In this document: positions 50,464 through 61,436 of the stretch, piece after piece
Position numbering within the stretch: position 1 is the stretch's first letter
Layout of the letters: every line of letters begins with the position of its first letter
Source of the DNA: a bacterium
Lineage (GTDB): Bacteria; UBA8248; JACPRG01; G963555815
Direction: 5' to 3'
NCBI GenBank assembly: GCA_965261595.1
Contig: CBDHDG010000003.1
Location: 64,001-128,000 of the forward strand
Length of the DNA: 64,000 nucleotides
Program-made: the position numbers and the translations under genes
Notes under the pieces: generated by a model
The model's database searches: none
What the model was told of the DNA's origin: nothing
Seen by the model: the letters and a program-made list of their open reading frames with translations, nothing else

Positions 50464-51507
50464 TCAGGATTTCAAGCAAACCTCGATCTCCCGGAGGGCT
50501 TGGCCGATGTCTTCATCGCTGATGTCCAGGTGCGTCAGGGCGCGGAACCGGGTTTCGCCGAGGACGCTCACGAGGACGCCCCTTTCCTTGAGCGCCGCCG
50601 CCAGGGCCCGGGCCGTTCGGCCCGTCCCCGCGATGTCGAAGACGACGATGTTCGTCGGCGTGATTCCGAAGGGGAGCGTCACGCCGGGGATCGCCGCCAG
50701 ACCCTCCGCCAGCCGCGCGGCCCGGGCATGGTCCTCCGGCAGCCGATCGACGTTGTGCTTCAGGGCATAGCGTCCCGCCGCCGCCATGATCCCCGCTTGG
50801 CGCATGCCGCCGCCGAAAACCTGGCGGTAACGCCTCGCTTCCTCGATCAGGTCTTTCGGCCCCGCCACCAGCGAGCCGAAGGGCGCGCCGAGGCCCTTGG
50901 ACAGGCAGAAGGAAAGGGTGCTTGCGGGCCGGGCAATCTCCGCGACGGGCGTGTCGGAGGCCGCGCCGGCGTTGAAGACGCGGGCGCCGTCCATGTGGAG
51001 GGGAACGTGATTGTCCCGGGCGACGTCCCGGATGGCGCGGAGGGAATCCATCGGATAGACGTCCCCGCCGCCGCGGTTGTGCGTGTTCTCGACGCAGATG
51101 AGACCCGTGCGCGCGCGGGGAAGGGTGGGCGGCTGGACGGCGGCCTCGACCTGATCCGCCGAGAGGAGCCCCCCCTCGGTTTGGACGGGCCTGCACTGGA
51201 CGCCGGAGAGGGCCGCGGCGCCGCCCGCCTCGTAGTTGTAGATGTGAGACGTGGCGTCGGCGATTAATTCGTCGCCCGGCCGGGTGTGGATCCGGACGGC
51301 GATCTGGTTCGCCATCGTCCCGGAGGTGACGAACAGGGCGGCCTCTTTGCCGGTGATCTCGGCCGCCTCGGCCTCGAGGGCGTTGACCGTGGGGTCCTCG
51401 CGATAGGCGTCGTCGCCGACTTCGGCCTCGGCCATCGCACGCCGCATCCCGGGGGACGGGCGGGTCAGCGTGTCGCTTCGAATGTCGATGGGTTTCTGCG
51501 CGCTCAC
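50464..51507 (-). CDS. ltaE: Low-specificity L-threonine aldolase
   Basis: RSDT.T.P, GDD...[40 protein letters not shown]. Confidence 0.95.
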   Translation of the reverse strand: MSAQKPIDIRSDTLTRPSPGMRRAMAEAEVGDDAYREDPTVNALEAEAAEITGKEAALFVTSGTMANQIAVRIHTRPGDELIADATSHIYNYEAGGAAALSGVQCRPVQTEGGLLSADQVEAAVQPPTLPRARTGLICVENTHNRGGGDVYPMDSLRAIRDVARDNHVPLHMDGARVFNAGAASDTPVAEIARPASTLSFCLSKGLGAPFGSLVAGPKDLIEEARRYRQVFGGGMRQAGIMAAAGRYALKHNVDRLPEDHARAARLAEGLAAIPGVTLPFGITPTNIVVFDIAGTGRTARALAAALKERGVLVSVLGETRFRALTHLDISDEDIGQALREIEVCLKS

Positions 51508-51511
51508 GGGG

Positions 51512-52498
51512 TCAGTCCTTGAAAAGAGGGAAAAAGTGTTTGGCGATGAGATCGATCTGTTCCGGTTCGGTGGACGTGGGATGGATGATGAGGTGCTGAA
51601 GGCCCACCCCCTTCAAGTCCGCGATCGTCTCGCACATGTCCTCGATCGTCCCGGTCAGGTAGCAGGCCTGAAGGTGGTCCCAGTCCCGGTGGGTTCCCAT
51701 CGCGAATTCAAAATGGGGCCGCTGGATCTCCAGGCACTTGCCGCGATCGCCCGACTCGACGATATGGGTGAACTGGACGTGGGCCAGTTGGAGGGTCTTG
51801 GGGTCCCGTCCGACGGAGGCCACATGCGCCTGGGCCGCCGCCAAGTCCCGCTTGACCCAATCCTTGTAGCCGGTGTTCCGGACGACGAAGACATCCGCCT
51901 TGGCGATGCGCCGCAGGACGCTCTTGGCGATGGTCGTCTTGTCGGGCGAGAGGTCGGTGCGGACCCGGGAGCCTCCCGCCACCCACACCTCCGGCATTTT
52001 CGGAGGGAGGGGATCGATCCGGACGTCTTTGAACCGGTAATGCTTCCCCTCGTAAGAGGCGCTCTCGTGCGTCAGGAGGATCCGGACGGCGTCGAGGATC
52101 TCATCCGTCCGTGCGCCCCGCTCGGAGATGTGCGTTCCCGTCACCTCGAACTCGCGCTCGTACCAGCCGGGGCCGATGCCGAAGACGAACCGCCCGCCCG
52201 AGAGGAAGTCCATCGTGGCGATCTCTTTGGCGAGCAGGACGGGGTTGCGCAGGGGGAGCACCAGGATGGCGGTCCCGATCCGGATGCGCTTCGTCACCGC
52301 CGCCACGTGGGAAAGGACGGACATGGGCTCGAGCCAGGAGATGCCGTAGAGACCGGGCGCGTAGAGGAGGTGGTCGATGACCCAGACCCCGTCGAACCCC
52401 AGGTCCTCGGCCTTCCGGGCGTATTCGCGGATTCCTTCCGCCTCCGAGTAGTCCATCTTGTGGCGGGAAAAGGATGGAATCCATGCGCCGAATTTCAT
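51512..52498 (-). CDS. LLM-class (luciferase-like) flavin/F420-dependent oxidoreductase
   Basis: [25 protein letters not shown]...T.D.LSGGR, G.GW...EF. Confidence 0.92.
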   Translation of the reverse strand: MKFGAWIPSFSRHKMDYSEAEGIREYARKAEDLGFDGVWVIDHLLYAPGLYGISWLEPMSVLSHVAAVTKRIRIGTAILVLPLRNPVLLAKEIATMDFLSGGRFVFGIGPGWYEREFEVTGTHISERGARTDEILDAVRILLTHESASYEGKHYRFKDVRIDPLPPKMPEVWVAGGSRVRTDLSPDKTTIAKSVLRRIAKADVFVVRNTGYKDWVKRDLAAAQAHVASVGRDPKTLQLAHVQFTHIVESGDRGKCLEIQRPHFEFAMGTHRDWDHLQACYLTGTIEDMCETIADLKGVGLQHLIIHPTSTEPEQIDLIAKHFFPLFKD

Positions 52499-52689
52499 GT
52501 TGCGATTCCTTGGCGGGGTGACGCGGTTCTCTTTGCAAGGATCGGGAATGAACGACTGGTGAGACCTGTCTCACGCCGGATTATTGCCCAGCCGTTGAGC
52601 GGCTGTCCACTCGATATCGGGCCGGGCAAGGCGCCGCGCCTGGTGGAAGACAAGATGTCCGCCCGCTGTGTTGAAGGAAGGCATGCGCA

Positions 52690-53700
52690 TCAGTTGTCGG
52701 CAGGGCGGGCATCCCGGCCGCCATCCGCGGCGGGAGACGAATCTCGATCCACGAACATCGACAGGCGGTAACGGTCCCGCTCCTTGAGCCACAGGAGGAG
52801 TTTTTCGTCGCGCTCCCGCAGAAGGTCCCGGCGCGAATGCCCCGCGTAATCGTAAAACCCCTTGCCCGACTTGAGGCCGAGGTCTCCGCTGTCCACCATG
52901 TCCGACACCACCGGCGGCACTTCCTTCGCGGCCGAGATCTCCGGGAACATGCTCTCCCAGACGAGCCGGAAGGTGTCCAGCCCGCCGAAGTCCGGCACCT
53001 GCATCGGGTCCAGGATGGGAAAGCGCAGGGAGAGGCCCTCGCGCATGACCGCGTCGATCCCTTCGGCGTCGGTGACGCCGTCCTGGATGAGCGAGACGCA
53101 CTCCCGGTAGAGCGCCGAGGCCAGCCGCACGCCGATGAAGCCGGGGATGCATTTCCGGATGAGCACCGGGGCGCCGCCGAGGGCTTTCAGGATGGCCATC
53201 ATCGCGTCCGCCGTCTCTTTCCCCGTTTCGGGGCCGAGGACGACCTCGACCAGGGGGACGAGGTAGGGCGGGTTCCAGAAGTGGGCGATGATGAGGCGGC
53301 GGGGACCGGGAAAGTCGGGCGCGATTTCGAAGATGTTCAGCCCCGACGTGGTGCTGGCCACCAGGGCCTCCTCCGGGGCGGATTTTCCGATCTCCCGGTA
53401 GACCTCCCGTTTCGCGTCGGGGGATTCGGGGATGGCCTCGAAGACCAAGTCCGTCCGCGCGAGGCCTTCGGAGAGGTCCGTCGTCGCGGAGATCCGGCCG
53501 AGGACGGCCGCCACGCCGTCGCCGGGTCCCGCGCCGTGTCGCGACAAGAGCGAGAGGTTATTTTCAATCTGCGTCCGGGCGCGGTCGAGGGATTCCCGCT
53601 TCCGGGCGATCAGGACCGCCTCCCACCCGTGGTGGGCGAAAAGCTGGGCGATGCCGTGCCCCATCGTTCCGGCGCCCACAACGGCGAGCCGCTGGCTCAA
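52690..53700 (-). CDS. 3-hydroxyacyl-CoA dehydrogenase family
   Basis: VVGAGTMG.GIA, EAIPE, HFWNPP, GFIG.RL, G.KSGKGFYDY. Confidence 0.93.
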   Translation of the reverse strand: MSQRLAVVGAGTMGHGIAQLFAHHGWEAVLIARKRESLDRARTQIENNLSLLSRHGAGPGDGVAAVLGRISATTDLSEGLARTDLVFEAIPESPDAKREVYREIGKSAPEEALVASTTSGLNIFEIAPDFPGPRRLIIAHFWNPPYLVPLVEVVLGPETGKETADAMMAILKALGGAPVLIRKCIPGFIGVRLASALYRECVSLIQDGVTDAEGIDAVMREGLSLRFPILDPMQVPDFGGLDTFRLVWESMFPEISAAKEVPPVVSDMVDSGDLGLKSGKGFYDYAGHSRRDLLRERDEKLLLWLKERDRYRLSMFVDRDSSPAADGGRDARPADN

Positions 53701-53857
53701 GGGCTGGCCTCCTCATCCATATTCATCGTTTTATGAATAGGTGGAATGAATCCAACAGGTTTCTTTTAGACCTGTTCGAGTTTCCCTGTTGGATGTACGT
53801 AAACAGCTCTCCCTCGGGGGGGAAGGCCAAGCCGCTTTCAAGTGACCCCCGCGTGGG

Positions 53858-54475
53858 CTACTCCTTTACCAGATGACTGGGTATCTGCTGCTCGGGCGGG
53901 GTGAGGACTTTCACGCCCGTGATTTTCTCGATGTGCCGGACAAACTCAAACTTCATCTCGACCCCGCTCATATCCAGGGAGGGCACCTTCTTCGCCCCGA
54001 TTTCCGTCTTCGCGACGATGAAGTCGCATGCGAGCCCCTTCAGTGCCTCAACCAGGGATTTCTCGAACGCCTCCAGCGTCTGGACGGCCACCGCCTTCTC
54101 CACGCCCGCGCCCCGAGCCATCGCCGCGAAGTCCGTATTGCCGGAGCTCGCGGAGGGCTGTGCTCCAGTGCTCTCGTAGACCTCGTTGTCGAAAGCGATG
54201 ATCGTGAGGTTCGGCGGCTGTAGGTTTCCGATGTCGGTGAGGACGCCCAGGTTCATCAGAAGGCCGCCGTCGGTGTCCAGGCCGATGACGCTGCATTGGG
54301 GAAGGGCCTTCGCGAGTCCCAGGGCCAGCCCGGCGACGCCGCCGACGGGGGCGTCCAGGCTTGCGGGACCGGGGTGTAGGGAGTCCCATTCGTGGCCGGT
54401 GCCCCCGCCCGTATGGATGACGAGGGCGTCTCCGACATGGCGCGACAGAACCTCGAGGCATTCATATCGGTTCAC
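53858..54475 (-). CDS. ThDP-dependent decarboxylase beta subunit (ComE/phosphonopyruvate decarboxylase-like)
   Basis: TDGGLLMNLG, DNEVYESTG.Q; GTG start overlaps the alpha-subunit stop. Confidence 0.85.
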   Translation of the reverse strand: MNRYECLEVLSRHVGDALVIHTGGGTGHEWDSLHPGPASLDAPVGGVAGLALGLAKALPQCSVIGLDTDGGLLMNLGVLTDIGNLQPPNLTIIAFDNEVYESTGAQPSASSGNTDFAAMARGAGVEKAVAVQTLEAFEKSLVEALKGLACDFIVAKTEIGAKKVPSLDMSGVEMKFEFVRHIEKITGVKVLTPPEQQIPSHLVKE

Positions 54476-54969
54476 CAGATATCTCCCGAAAGGATGAGGG
54501 CCACGGGGAACAGGGATGCCTGAAGGGTCTTCCGCGCCTTCAGAAAGGCCCCCGGGATGTCCTCCGGACGTTCCATTTTGAAGTACGGGATCCGCAGGGC
54601 GTTCAACATCGGCTCCATGGTCACCCCGTGGTTGATGGCCCACCAGTTTCCGTCCCCCATGAGGCCCCGGTGGCTCATCAGGAACATGACGGGTATCCCG
54701 AAGGAGATGCCGAGTCGGGCCAGGTATTCGCTGGCCACCCGGAGGCCGGAGTTCTCCATCATCATCAGGGGGCGCTTGCCCCCGAGCCACGCCCCGCCGC
54801 AGATGCAGGTCGCCACCGCTTCATTGCCCGCCGTGTGCAGCTCGATGTCGGGGTCTTCGCGGATCAGGAAATAGAGATCGCGCAGGCGGGAGTCGGGGAC
54901 GGTGACGACGAAGTCGATTCCGGCGGCCTTGATGTCATCTAAAAGCGCTTTTGCGACGGCCTTGTCCAT
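54472..54969 (-). CDS. ThDP-dependent decarboxylase alpha subunit (ComD-like)
   Basis: VPDS.L, NE, G.WLGGK, MENSG, SHRG..G. Confidence 0.85.
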   Translation of the reverse strand: MDKAVAKALLDDIKAAGIDFVVTVPDSRLRDLYFLIREDPDIELHTAGNEAVATCICGGAWLGGKRPLMMMENSGLRVASEYLARLGISFGIPVMFLMSHRGLMGDGNWWAINHGVTMEPMLNALRIPYFKMERPEDIPGAFLKARKTLQASLFPVALILSGDIW

Positions 54970-55051
54970 GGAAAATTCTCCCACATGGTCAGGGTTTCAG
55001 CCCAGCGGACGGCCCAACCCCTTCATTCTTGAATTGGAGTTCAGTGGGCGA

Positions 55052-55080
55052 ATAATACGAAATTCGTGATTTCATGTCAA
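55052..55080 (-). promoter_or_regulatory. Near-consensus sigma70 promoter for the decarboxylase pair
   Basis: TTGACA-N17-TATTAT on the minus strand. Confidence 0.7.
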
Positions 55081-55151
55081 TTGTGATCGGTATTTGGAGG
55101 AGCCTGTTCAGATGAATATGACCCGCTTGGGGCCTGGGAGGAAGCGGTGGT

Positions 55152-55916
55152 TCAGGATTTCGGTTCGGCGTCCATATGCCGGCGGAACCAGTCCACGATG
55201 AGGCCGGCGCACTCCTCCACGTCCTCATCCTCGGAAAACCGGTGGTCGGCGCCGCCGATGACGTGGATGGATTTCTTGCCCCCCGCGGCGTGGAAGAGGT
55301 CCATGGCCTCTTTCACGGGGATGAGCTCGTCCGCCTCCCCGTGGATGAGGAGGATGGCCGCCCGGGTCGTGGAGACGGCCCCCAGGACGTCCTGCCGCTT
55401 CGAGTCCTCGATCAGACCGAGGCCGATGTTTCCCAGGGGGGTGTCGATGAAGCCCCGCTTCCGGTGAACGGTTTCCGATTCGGGGCTGAAATCGCCCGGC
55501 CGGGCGAGGGAGGCCATGAGGACCATCGCGGACACGTCGGGGTTCCGGGCGGCGTACAGGGCCGCGACGGCGCTGCCCATGCTGGAGCCGATCAGGCCAA
55601 GCGGCCCGTTCGTGTGGGTCCGCATGAATGAGACGGCGGACGCCAAGTCTTCCACTTCTCCGGAAATGGTCATGTCCTCGAGCTTGCCTTCGGACTCTCC
55701 CACGAAGGAAAAATCGAACCGCAGGACGAGGAACCCCTCGGCCGTGAGCCGCCGGGCGAACCGCTCGTGCTTCTGGCTGTCCTTGTTGGAGAGCATCCCG
55801 TGGCAGACGAGGATGCCGGGCGGGGCCGGTGAATCCATCGCCGGGGAGGCGTCCAGCCATCCGGCAATCCGCTGACCTTTTGCGTTAGGGAAAAAAACCC
55901 TTTTGGATTGCGTCAT
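55152..55916 (-). CDS. Alpha/beta hydrolase
   Basis: CHG, RFDF..GESEG, GSSMG, IHGEAD, GADH. Confidence 0.92.
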   Translation of the reverse strand: MTQSKRVFFPNAKGQRIAGWLDASPAMDSPAPPGILVCHGMLSNKDSQKHERFARRLTAEGFLVLRFDFSFVGESEGKLEDMTISGEVEDLASAVSFMRTHTNGPLGLIGSSMGSAVAALYAARNPDVSAMVLMASLARPGDFSPESETVHRKRGFIDTPLGNIGLGLIEDSKRQDVLGAVSTTRAAILLIHGEADELIPVKEAMDLFHAAGGKKSIHVIGGADHRFSEDEDVEECAGLIVDWFRRHMDAEPKS

Positions 55917-56160
55917 CGAATTCGGCCTCGGATTCGTGGGTTTGGTTGCATTTTATCATGGTGTTTCCGAAGGGATTCGGCTGTCCGGCCTTTCTCCCGG
56001 GTGCACCGGCCCGTTGCGTGGGGATTGAATGGGTCCCATCTGTGTTTCAGGTTGTGATTGTCTTGATTTCATGGCAGAATCGCGGCAATTAGAAGAATTG
56101 GATATTTTGCATCCGTTGGCAGGATTTTCTGAAACCCCCTAGGTTCCAGAGGCGCTTCCC

Positions 56161-57444
56161 GTGATTCGCAGACTCGGCATCTCCCCGCGAGGCTGGATGA
56201 TCATCGCCGCCGGTTTCACCCTGATGGGCCTTGGGACCGGGGCCAGCTTCACCATCGGTGTGTTTCTGAAGCCCCTGGCGCAGGATTTCGGATGGTCGCG
56301 TTCAGAGATCTCCCTGGCGTACTCCCTCAACATGCTGGTCCTGGGGGCCTGCTCTTTCATCATGGGGAGCCTGTCGGACCGCTGGGGGGCCGCGCGCGTC
56401 CTCCTCGTCGGCTCGCTGATTATGGCCCTTGGGATGTACCTGAACAGCCACATTTCGGCCGTCTGGCAGTTCTACTTGTTCTACGGTTTCCTGCTCGGAG
56501 TGGGAAAGGCGTCCTATCATGCCCCGCTGATGTCCTATATCGCGCGGATTTTCAACAAGAAAAGGGGGTTGGCCGTAGGGCTGATTTTCGCGGGGACGGG
56601 CATCGGGCTGTTCGCCCTGGCCCCGCTCACCCGTTATCTCATCTCCAGTTATGGTTGGCGGCTCACGTTCGTGATTCTGGCGTCGGGATTTATCGTCCTG
56701 GCCCTCCCGGCCATCTGGGTGTTCCGCGAGAAGACAGGGCAAGTCGTAGAACGCGGCGAAGAGATGAGCCCGAACGGTTCCTCGGACGGCGCGCCGGCCG
56801 AATTGGCGCCGCCCGAGAGGTTCCATTGGAAGAACCGGACCTACTGGACCCTTTGCGGTTTGCATTATTTCGACTGCATCTGCCACTCGGTGCCGTTGGT
56901 GCACGTTGTGGCCTATGCAACGGACAAGAACATGACGCCCGCGCAGGGCGCGGGGATCCTGGGCCTCGTGGGGTTGTCGGCCATTGCCGGGCGTGTGACT
57001 ATCCCGGCCCTGACGGACAGGATGGGGTCCCGAAATGGTCTGATGCTGACCCTGTTTCTCCAGACGGGCATGATTCCATCTCTGATGATTTCCAACTCAT
57101 TGACCATGTTTTACATCTTCGCCGTTGTCTTCGGATTCGGGTGGGGAGGCAACAGCCCCATGTATCCCCTGTTGACGCGGGAGTACTTCGGGCCAAAGCG
57201 GTTGGGCGCCATCTACGGGGGGACCGTCGTGGCGGCGAGCCTGGGGATGGGCGCGGGCGGTTACATGGGCGGTCTGTTGTTCGACATTTCCGGGACGTAT
57301 CAGTACTCGCTGCTCTTCAGCCTGACGGCGGGGCTGATTTCCATCGCCCTCATTCCGTTTCTAAAACCCATTCGCAAGCGCAAGGAGCGCGCGCGTGCCC
57401 TCTATCCCGCCCACGCTTCCATCCCCGCGGCGGTGGATGTGTAG
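56161..57444 (+). CDS. MFS transporter (OFA/MCT-like)
   Basis: About 12 hydrophobic segments; G.LSDRWG.., KRGLA.G, EYFG. Confidence 0.92.
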   Translation: MIRRLGISPRGWMIIAAGFTLMGLGTGASFTIGVFLKPLAQDFGWSRSEISLAYSLNMLVLGACSFIMGSLSDRWGAARVLLVGSLIMALGMYLNSHISAVWQFYLFYGFLLGVGKASYHAPLMSYIARIFNKKRGLAVGLIFAGTGIGLFALAPLTRYLISSYGWRLTFVILASGFIVLALPAIWVFREKTGQVVERGEEMSPNGSSDGAPAELAPPERFHWKNRTYWTLCGLHYFDCICHSVPLVHVVAYATDKNMTPAQGAGILGLVGLSAIAGRVTIPALTDRMGSRNGLMLTLFLQTGMIPSLMISNSLTMFYIFAVVFGFGWGGNSPMYPLLTREYFGPKRLGAIYGGTVVAASLGMGAGGYMGGLLFDISGTYQYSLLFSLTAGLISIALIPFLKPIRKRKERARALYPAHASIPAAVDV

Positions 57445-57546
57445 CCTCCGGAGTCTGAGAGGTTGGGGCGTCTCATCCGGATTTTCCGGAACACCGGCTG
57501 ACGCCGTCCGGCCGCCTTCGAAACCCGGTTTATCGCCCCCCCCCCC

Positions 57547-58356
57547 CTACCAGGCCAACCAGCCTCCGTCCACGGGAAGGATGTGGCCCGTGACCAGACA
57601 GGAGGCTTCGGAAGCCAGGAAGATGGCCGTTCCCTTGAGCTCTTCCGGCATGCCGATCCGCTGAAGGGGCATGCGCTCATTGATGTGGGCCTGAAAGGCC
57701 TCTCCCCAGAGCGGTTTGTCGCTCCCGCCCCCGATATCCGTTTTGAAGATGCCGGGAGCGATGCTGTTCACGCGGATGCCGTCGCGCGCCCACTCCACGG
57801 CCAGCTGCCGGGTCAGGTTGGCCACGCCCGCCTTGGCGGAGCCGTAGGCCGCCGCCGGAAAACTGGGCCCCGCCGCCAGCCCCAAGACCGAGCTGATGTT
57901 GATGATGCTCCCGCCCCCCCGGGCCTTGATGTGGGGATGGGCGGCTTGGCAGCCCCAGAACACGCCGTCCAGATTGATGGACATGAGGGTTCGCCAATGC
58001 TTGACGGGGATGTCCTGGGCCGCAAAGGGTCCGCCGTGGGCGCTGGTCCCGACGCCGGCGTTGTTGATCAGGATGTCGATCCCGCCCAGGGCGCCGGCAA
58101 TCTCATTCATCATCGAAAAGATCCCGTCCCGATCCGCGACATCCACTTCGCGGAAATGGGCCTTGCGGCCTTGGTCTTTCAGGGACGCGACGCTTTTCTC
58201 GCCCTCCTCTCCCAGCCGGTCCGCCAGGACGACCTCGGCCCCCGTTTCGGCCAGGCCGGCGGCCATCGCCAGCCCAAGCCCCCTCGCCGCCCCCGTCACG
58301 ACGGCTATCTTGCCCTTCAGGCTGAACATTTCCGGAAAGGATTGTGGTGCGGCCAT
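57547..58356 (-). CDS. Short-chain dehydrogenase/reductase
   Basis: TGAARGLG, NNAG, YGSAK, VDGG. Confidence 0.94.
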   Translation of the reverse strand: MAAPQSFPEMFSLKGKIAVVTGAARGLGLAMAAGLAETGAEVVLADRLGEEGEKSVASLKDQGRKAHFREVDVADRDGIFSMMNEIAGALGGIDILINNAGVGTSAHGGPFAAQDIPVKHWRTLMSINLDGVFWGCQAAHPHIKARGGGSIINISSVLGLAAGPSFPAAAYGSAKAGVANLTRQLAVEWARDGIRVNSIAPGIFKTDIGGGSDKPLWGEAFQAHINERMPLQRIGMPEELKGTAIFLASEASCLVTGHILPVDGGWLAW

Positions 58357-58450
58357 GCGGGATTCCTTCCTCATCACAGGAGCGGCTTGTCGATGAGGTT
58401 GCGTTTGCAAACCCGATCCACCCATATGCCCGGCGGGTCTCGCGGATTGT

Positions 58451-59073
58451 CTAAATCCCGGGTTCTCCGAACTTGCTTTCCAGCTCCGAGAAGACCGATT
58501 CGAGTGGAATGCCCTCCGAGGCCAGGAACATCAGAACGTGGAATAAGAGGTTCGCGATCTCCTTTGCGGCCCTCGGCGTTTCTTCCCGCGTCGCCGCGGA
58601 AACCATTTCCGCACTGGCCGCGCCCAGCTTTTCGATGATCTTCTTTTTCCCCGCGCTCAATGAGGACTGGACAGAGGATTCGCTGTCTCCCCCGTCCTTT
58701 TCCAACCCCTCTTTTCCCGCGACGATCAAGTCGAAAGCGCGCCGCAGGATGCCGTCTTTGAACCAGTTGCCCATCGAGCCGGACTCTTCGATCTCTCCCT
58801 CGGCGGAGTTCAAGAAGCAGCTCGGGCGCATGGTGTGGCAGGCCACCCCTTCCTGATCGATCTAAACGATCAGGGCATTCCAGACGCAGTTGAAGTGCAG
58901 GGCCTTCACATGCTGGAGGTGGCCCGAGGTCTCCCCTTTTTTTCATAATTCGTTTCTGGACCGGCTGAAGTAGTGGACGATTCCGGTTTTCAGCATTCAT
59001 GTAGGCAATCATGCGAACTTGGCCCGTGCTGTCGTCCTGGGCCACGGCCGGTAAAAACCCGCGCTCATTATAG
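58451..59073 (-). pseudogene. hisIE: Decayed phosphoribosyl-AMP cyclohydrolase / phosphoribosyl-ATP pyrophosphatase
   Basis: PAVAQD..TG.VRM.AYMN, frameshift near 58995, YFSRSR.EL*KKGETSG, ACHT..SCF; in-frame stops at 58943-58945 and 58862-58864. Confidence 0.9.
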
Positions 59074-60165
59074 CCCGCATTTCCCATATGGATGATAATT
59101 TTTGACGCTCCGAAGGCCGTTTTCTCGTGTAAAATCAAGGTGTTGTCCTCCCCCTGCCACCTTCTCGCGGGGGAACCCTATGGGTGAAGCCAAGAACAGC
59201 GCTTTGAGGCTCAGTTTTGACCGTCGTCTCAGGCTGGAGTTTCATGGAGCCAAGGTCACGAGTGACGCCGGTTTGCTTGCCTATCGTGAGCTGGATGATG
59301 TGTTGGGGTTGACGAAGGCGGCCGAGGGGTTCCTTTCCGATTCACGGACGGGCAGGAACACCCGGCACAGTCTGACCGCTTTGCTGCGTCAGTCGGTTTA
59401 CAGCCGTCTCACTGGCTACAAGGACACCAACGATGCCGAGCGGCTCTGTGTCGATCCCGCCATGCGTCAGGTGGTTGGGGGTCGAGCGACGGACCACACC
59501 GCTGCCTCCACCAGCCAGATGAGTCGATTCGAGACGCAGACCCTCACCCAGCCTCACAACCTCAAGGCGCTGATGGATCTTCCCGGTGTGTTGGTGGATC
59601 GGGTCCGTAAACACAAGCTGATTCTCGACATGGACAGTTCGGTCAGTCCGACCCACGGCGAGCAGGAGGGCGCTTCCTACAATGGCCACTTCGGCTGCAC
59701 CTGCTATCACCCACTGTTTTGCTTCAACCAGTTTGGCGATCTGGAGCGGGCGCTGTTGCGCAACGGCAAGGTCCACAGCGCTGATCACTGGCGGTCTGTG
59801 TTGGAGCCGGTGGTCGCACGCTACCGCCACAAGAACATCATCCGGCGTCTCGTCCGGGGCGACGCGCATTTGCCAAGCCGGAGGTGTACCGATACCTTGA
59901 AGCGGAGGGCTACTCGTATGTGATTCGGCTTCCGGCCAACGCCATCTTGTACAGGGATATCGATTACCTTCTGACCCGGCCGGTGGGCCGACCGCCCAAA
60001 AGGCCCATTGTCTTCTACCACAGCGTTTCCTATCAAGCGGCGAGTTGGGAGAAGCCGCGCCGGGTGGTATTGAAGATCGAGTGGCGGCAGGGGCAGTTGT
60101 TTCCTGAAGTGAGCTTCATCGTGACGGACTTGCGCTGGCGGGAAGAGAATGTCGTGAGGTTCAAC
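59074..60165 (+). mobile_element. IS1380-family element fragment; transposase from 59180, frameshifted near 59870, cut by IS3
   Basis: VTSDAGLL..RELD, LDMDSS....HGEQEG..YNGHF...CYHPL, RGDA|AFAKPE. Left end inferred. Confidence 0.88.
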
Positions 60166-61436
60166 TGACCCGCCCCCTAAAGTTGTACCACTTTTTGAGT
60201 TAGTCTCTTCTCCCCGATGTCCGAAAGTGTAGGGATGCCCGGAGGCATTGGTTCGATGGCCTCCGGCGCCGGGGGCCGGTAGCCCAAGGCACTATGGGGC
60301 CTTACCCAGTTGTAGAGTTGTCGCCATCTCTCCACCAACACCTTGGCCTCTGTCAGGGTGTAGAAGATCTCCCCGTTGAGCAGCTCATCGCGCAGCTTGC
60401 CGATGAAGGACTCCACATAGCCGTTCTCCCAGGGACTGCCCCGCTCGATGTAAAGCGTTCTCACCCCAAGACGGGTGAGCCACCCTCTCACCGCATTCGC
60501 CGTGAACTCCGCCCCGTTGTCCGAGCGGATATAAGCCGGCAGGCCACGCCGGACGAACAACTCGGTGAGGCGGTCCAGGACGTCCTCGGAGTTGAGTCTT
60601 CTCTCTACATCAAGGGCCAAGCACTCCCGGGTCAACTCATCCATCACAGCCAGCATCCGTAAAGGCCGCCCATCGTGCGTCCTCGCGGCCAGGAAGTCGT
60701 AGGACCACACATGATTCCGATAAGACGGACGCTTGCGAACACAAGAGCCGTCGTTCAGCCATAAACGCCCTCGCTTGGGCTGTCTCTTCGGCGCCTTCAG
60801 GCCTTCCTGGCGCCAGATCCGCTCCACCCCCTTGTGATTCACTCGCCAGCCTTCTCTTTCCAACAGAGCCGTTATCCTCCGGTAGCCGTACCGTCCGTAC
60901 TCGCTCGCCAGCTCTGTCACCCGCGCCACCAAACGGGCCTCATCGTCAGGGACCTGGGCAGAGCGCCGCTGAGTCGAGCGGGCCTGACCCAGCACCCGGC
61001 AGGCGCGACGTTCGGACACGCTCAGCTTCTCCCGCACATGCTCCATCGCCCGCCGCCGCGCAGGCGGGCTCAGAAGTTTCCCTGGGAGGCCTCCTTCAAG
61101 ATGGCGTTATCCAGGGCCTGCTCGGCCACCAGCTTCTTTAGCCGGGCGTTTTCCTGCTCCAGTGTCTTCAGTCGTTTCGCCTGGTCCAGGCGCAGGCCTC
61201 CGTACTCCCGCCGCCACCGGTAATAGGTCTGCTCGGAGATCCCCAGCGTCTTGCAGACCTGAGCCATCCTCTGCCCATTGGCCAACTCCACCTCGGCCTG
61301 ACGAAGCTTGTGGATGATCTGCTCCGCGGTGAATCGCTTCCGACTCATCATTGCCCCCTTTCTAGGCCAATCCAGTCCCGAAAGCCGTGCGAAAATCCTA
61401 ACTCTCAAACCGGACCGGTTTCAGGGGGGCAGGTCA
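60166..61436 (-). mobile_element. IS3-family element, copy 2 of the 8567-9836 element (orfB 60177-61046, orfA 61070-61348)
   Basis: Near-identical to copy 1; flanks CAAC vs TGGG, so no target duplication. Confidence 0.96.

Noticed and set aside
8567..61436. Composite transposon bounded by the two IS3 copies
   Set aside because: Copy 1 has its own target duplication inside a split gene, and the outer flanks (CGAG vs TGGG) differ.
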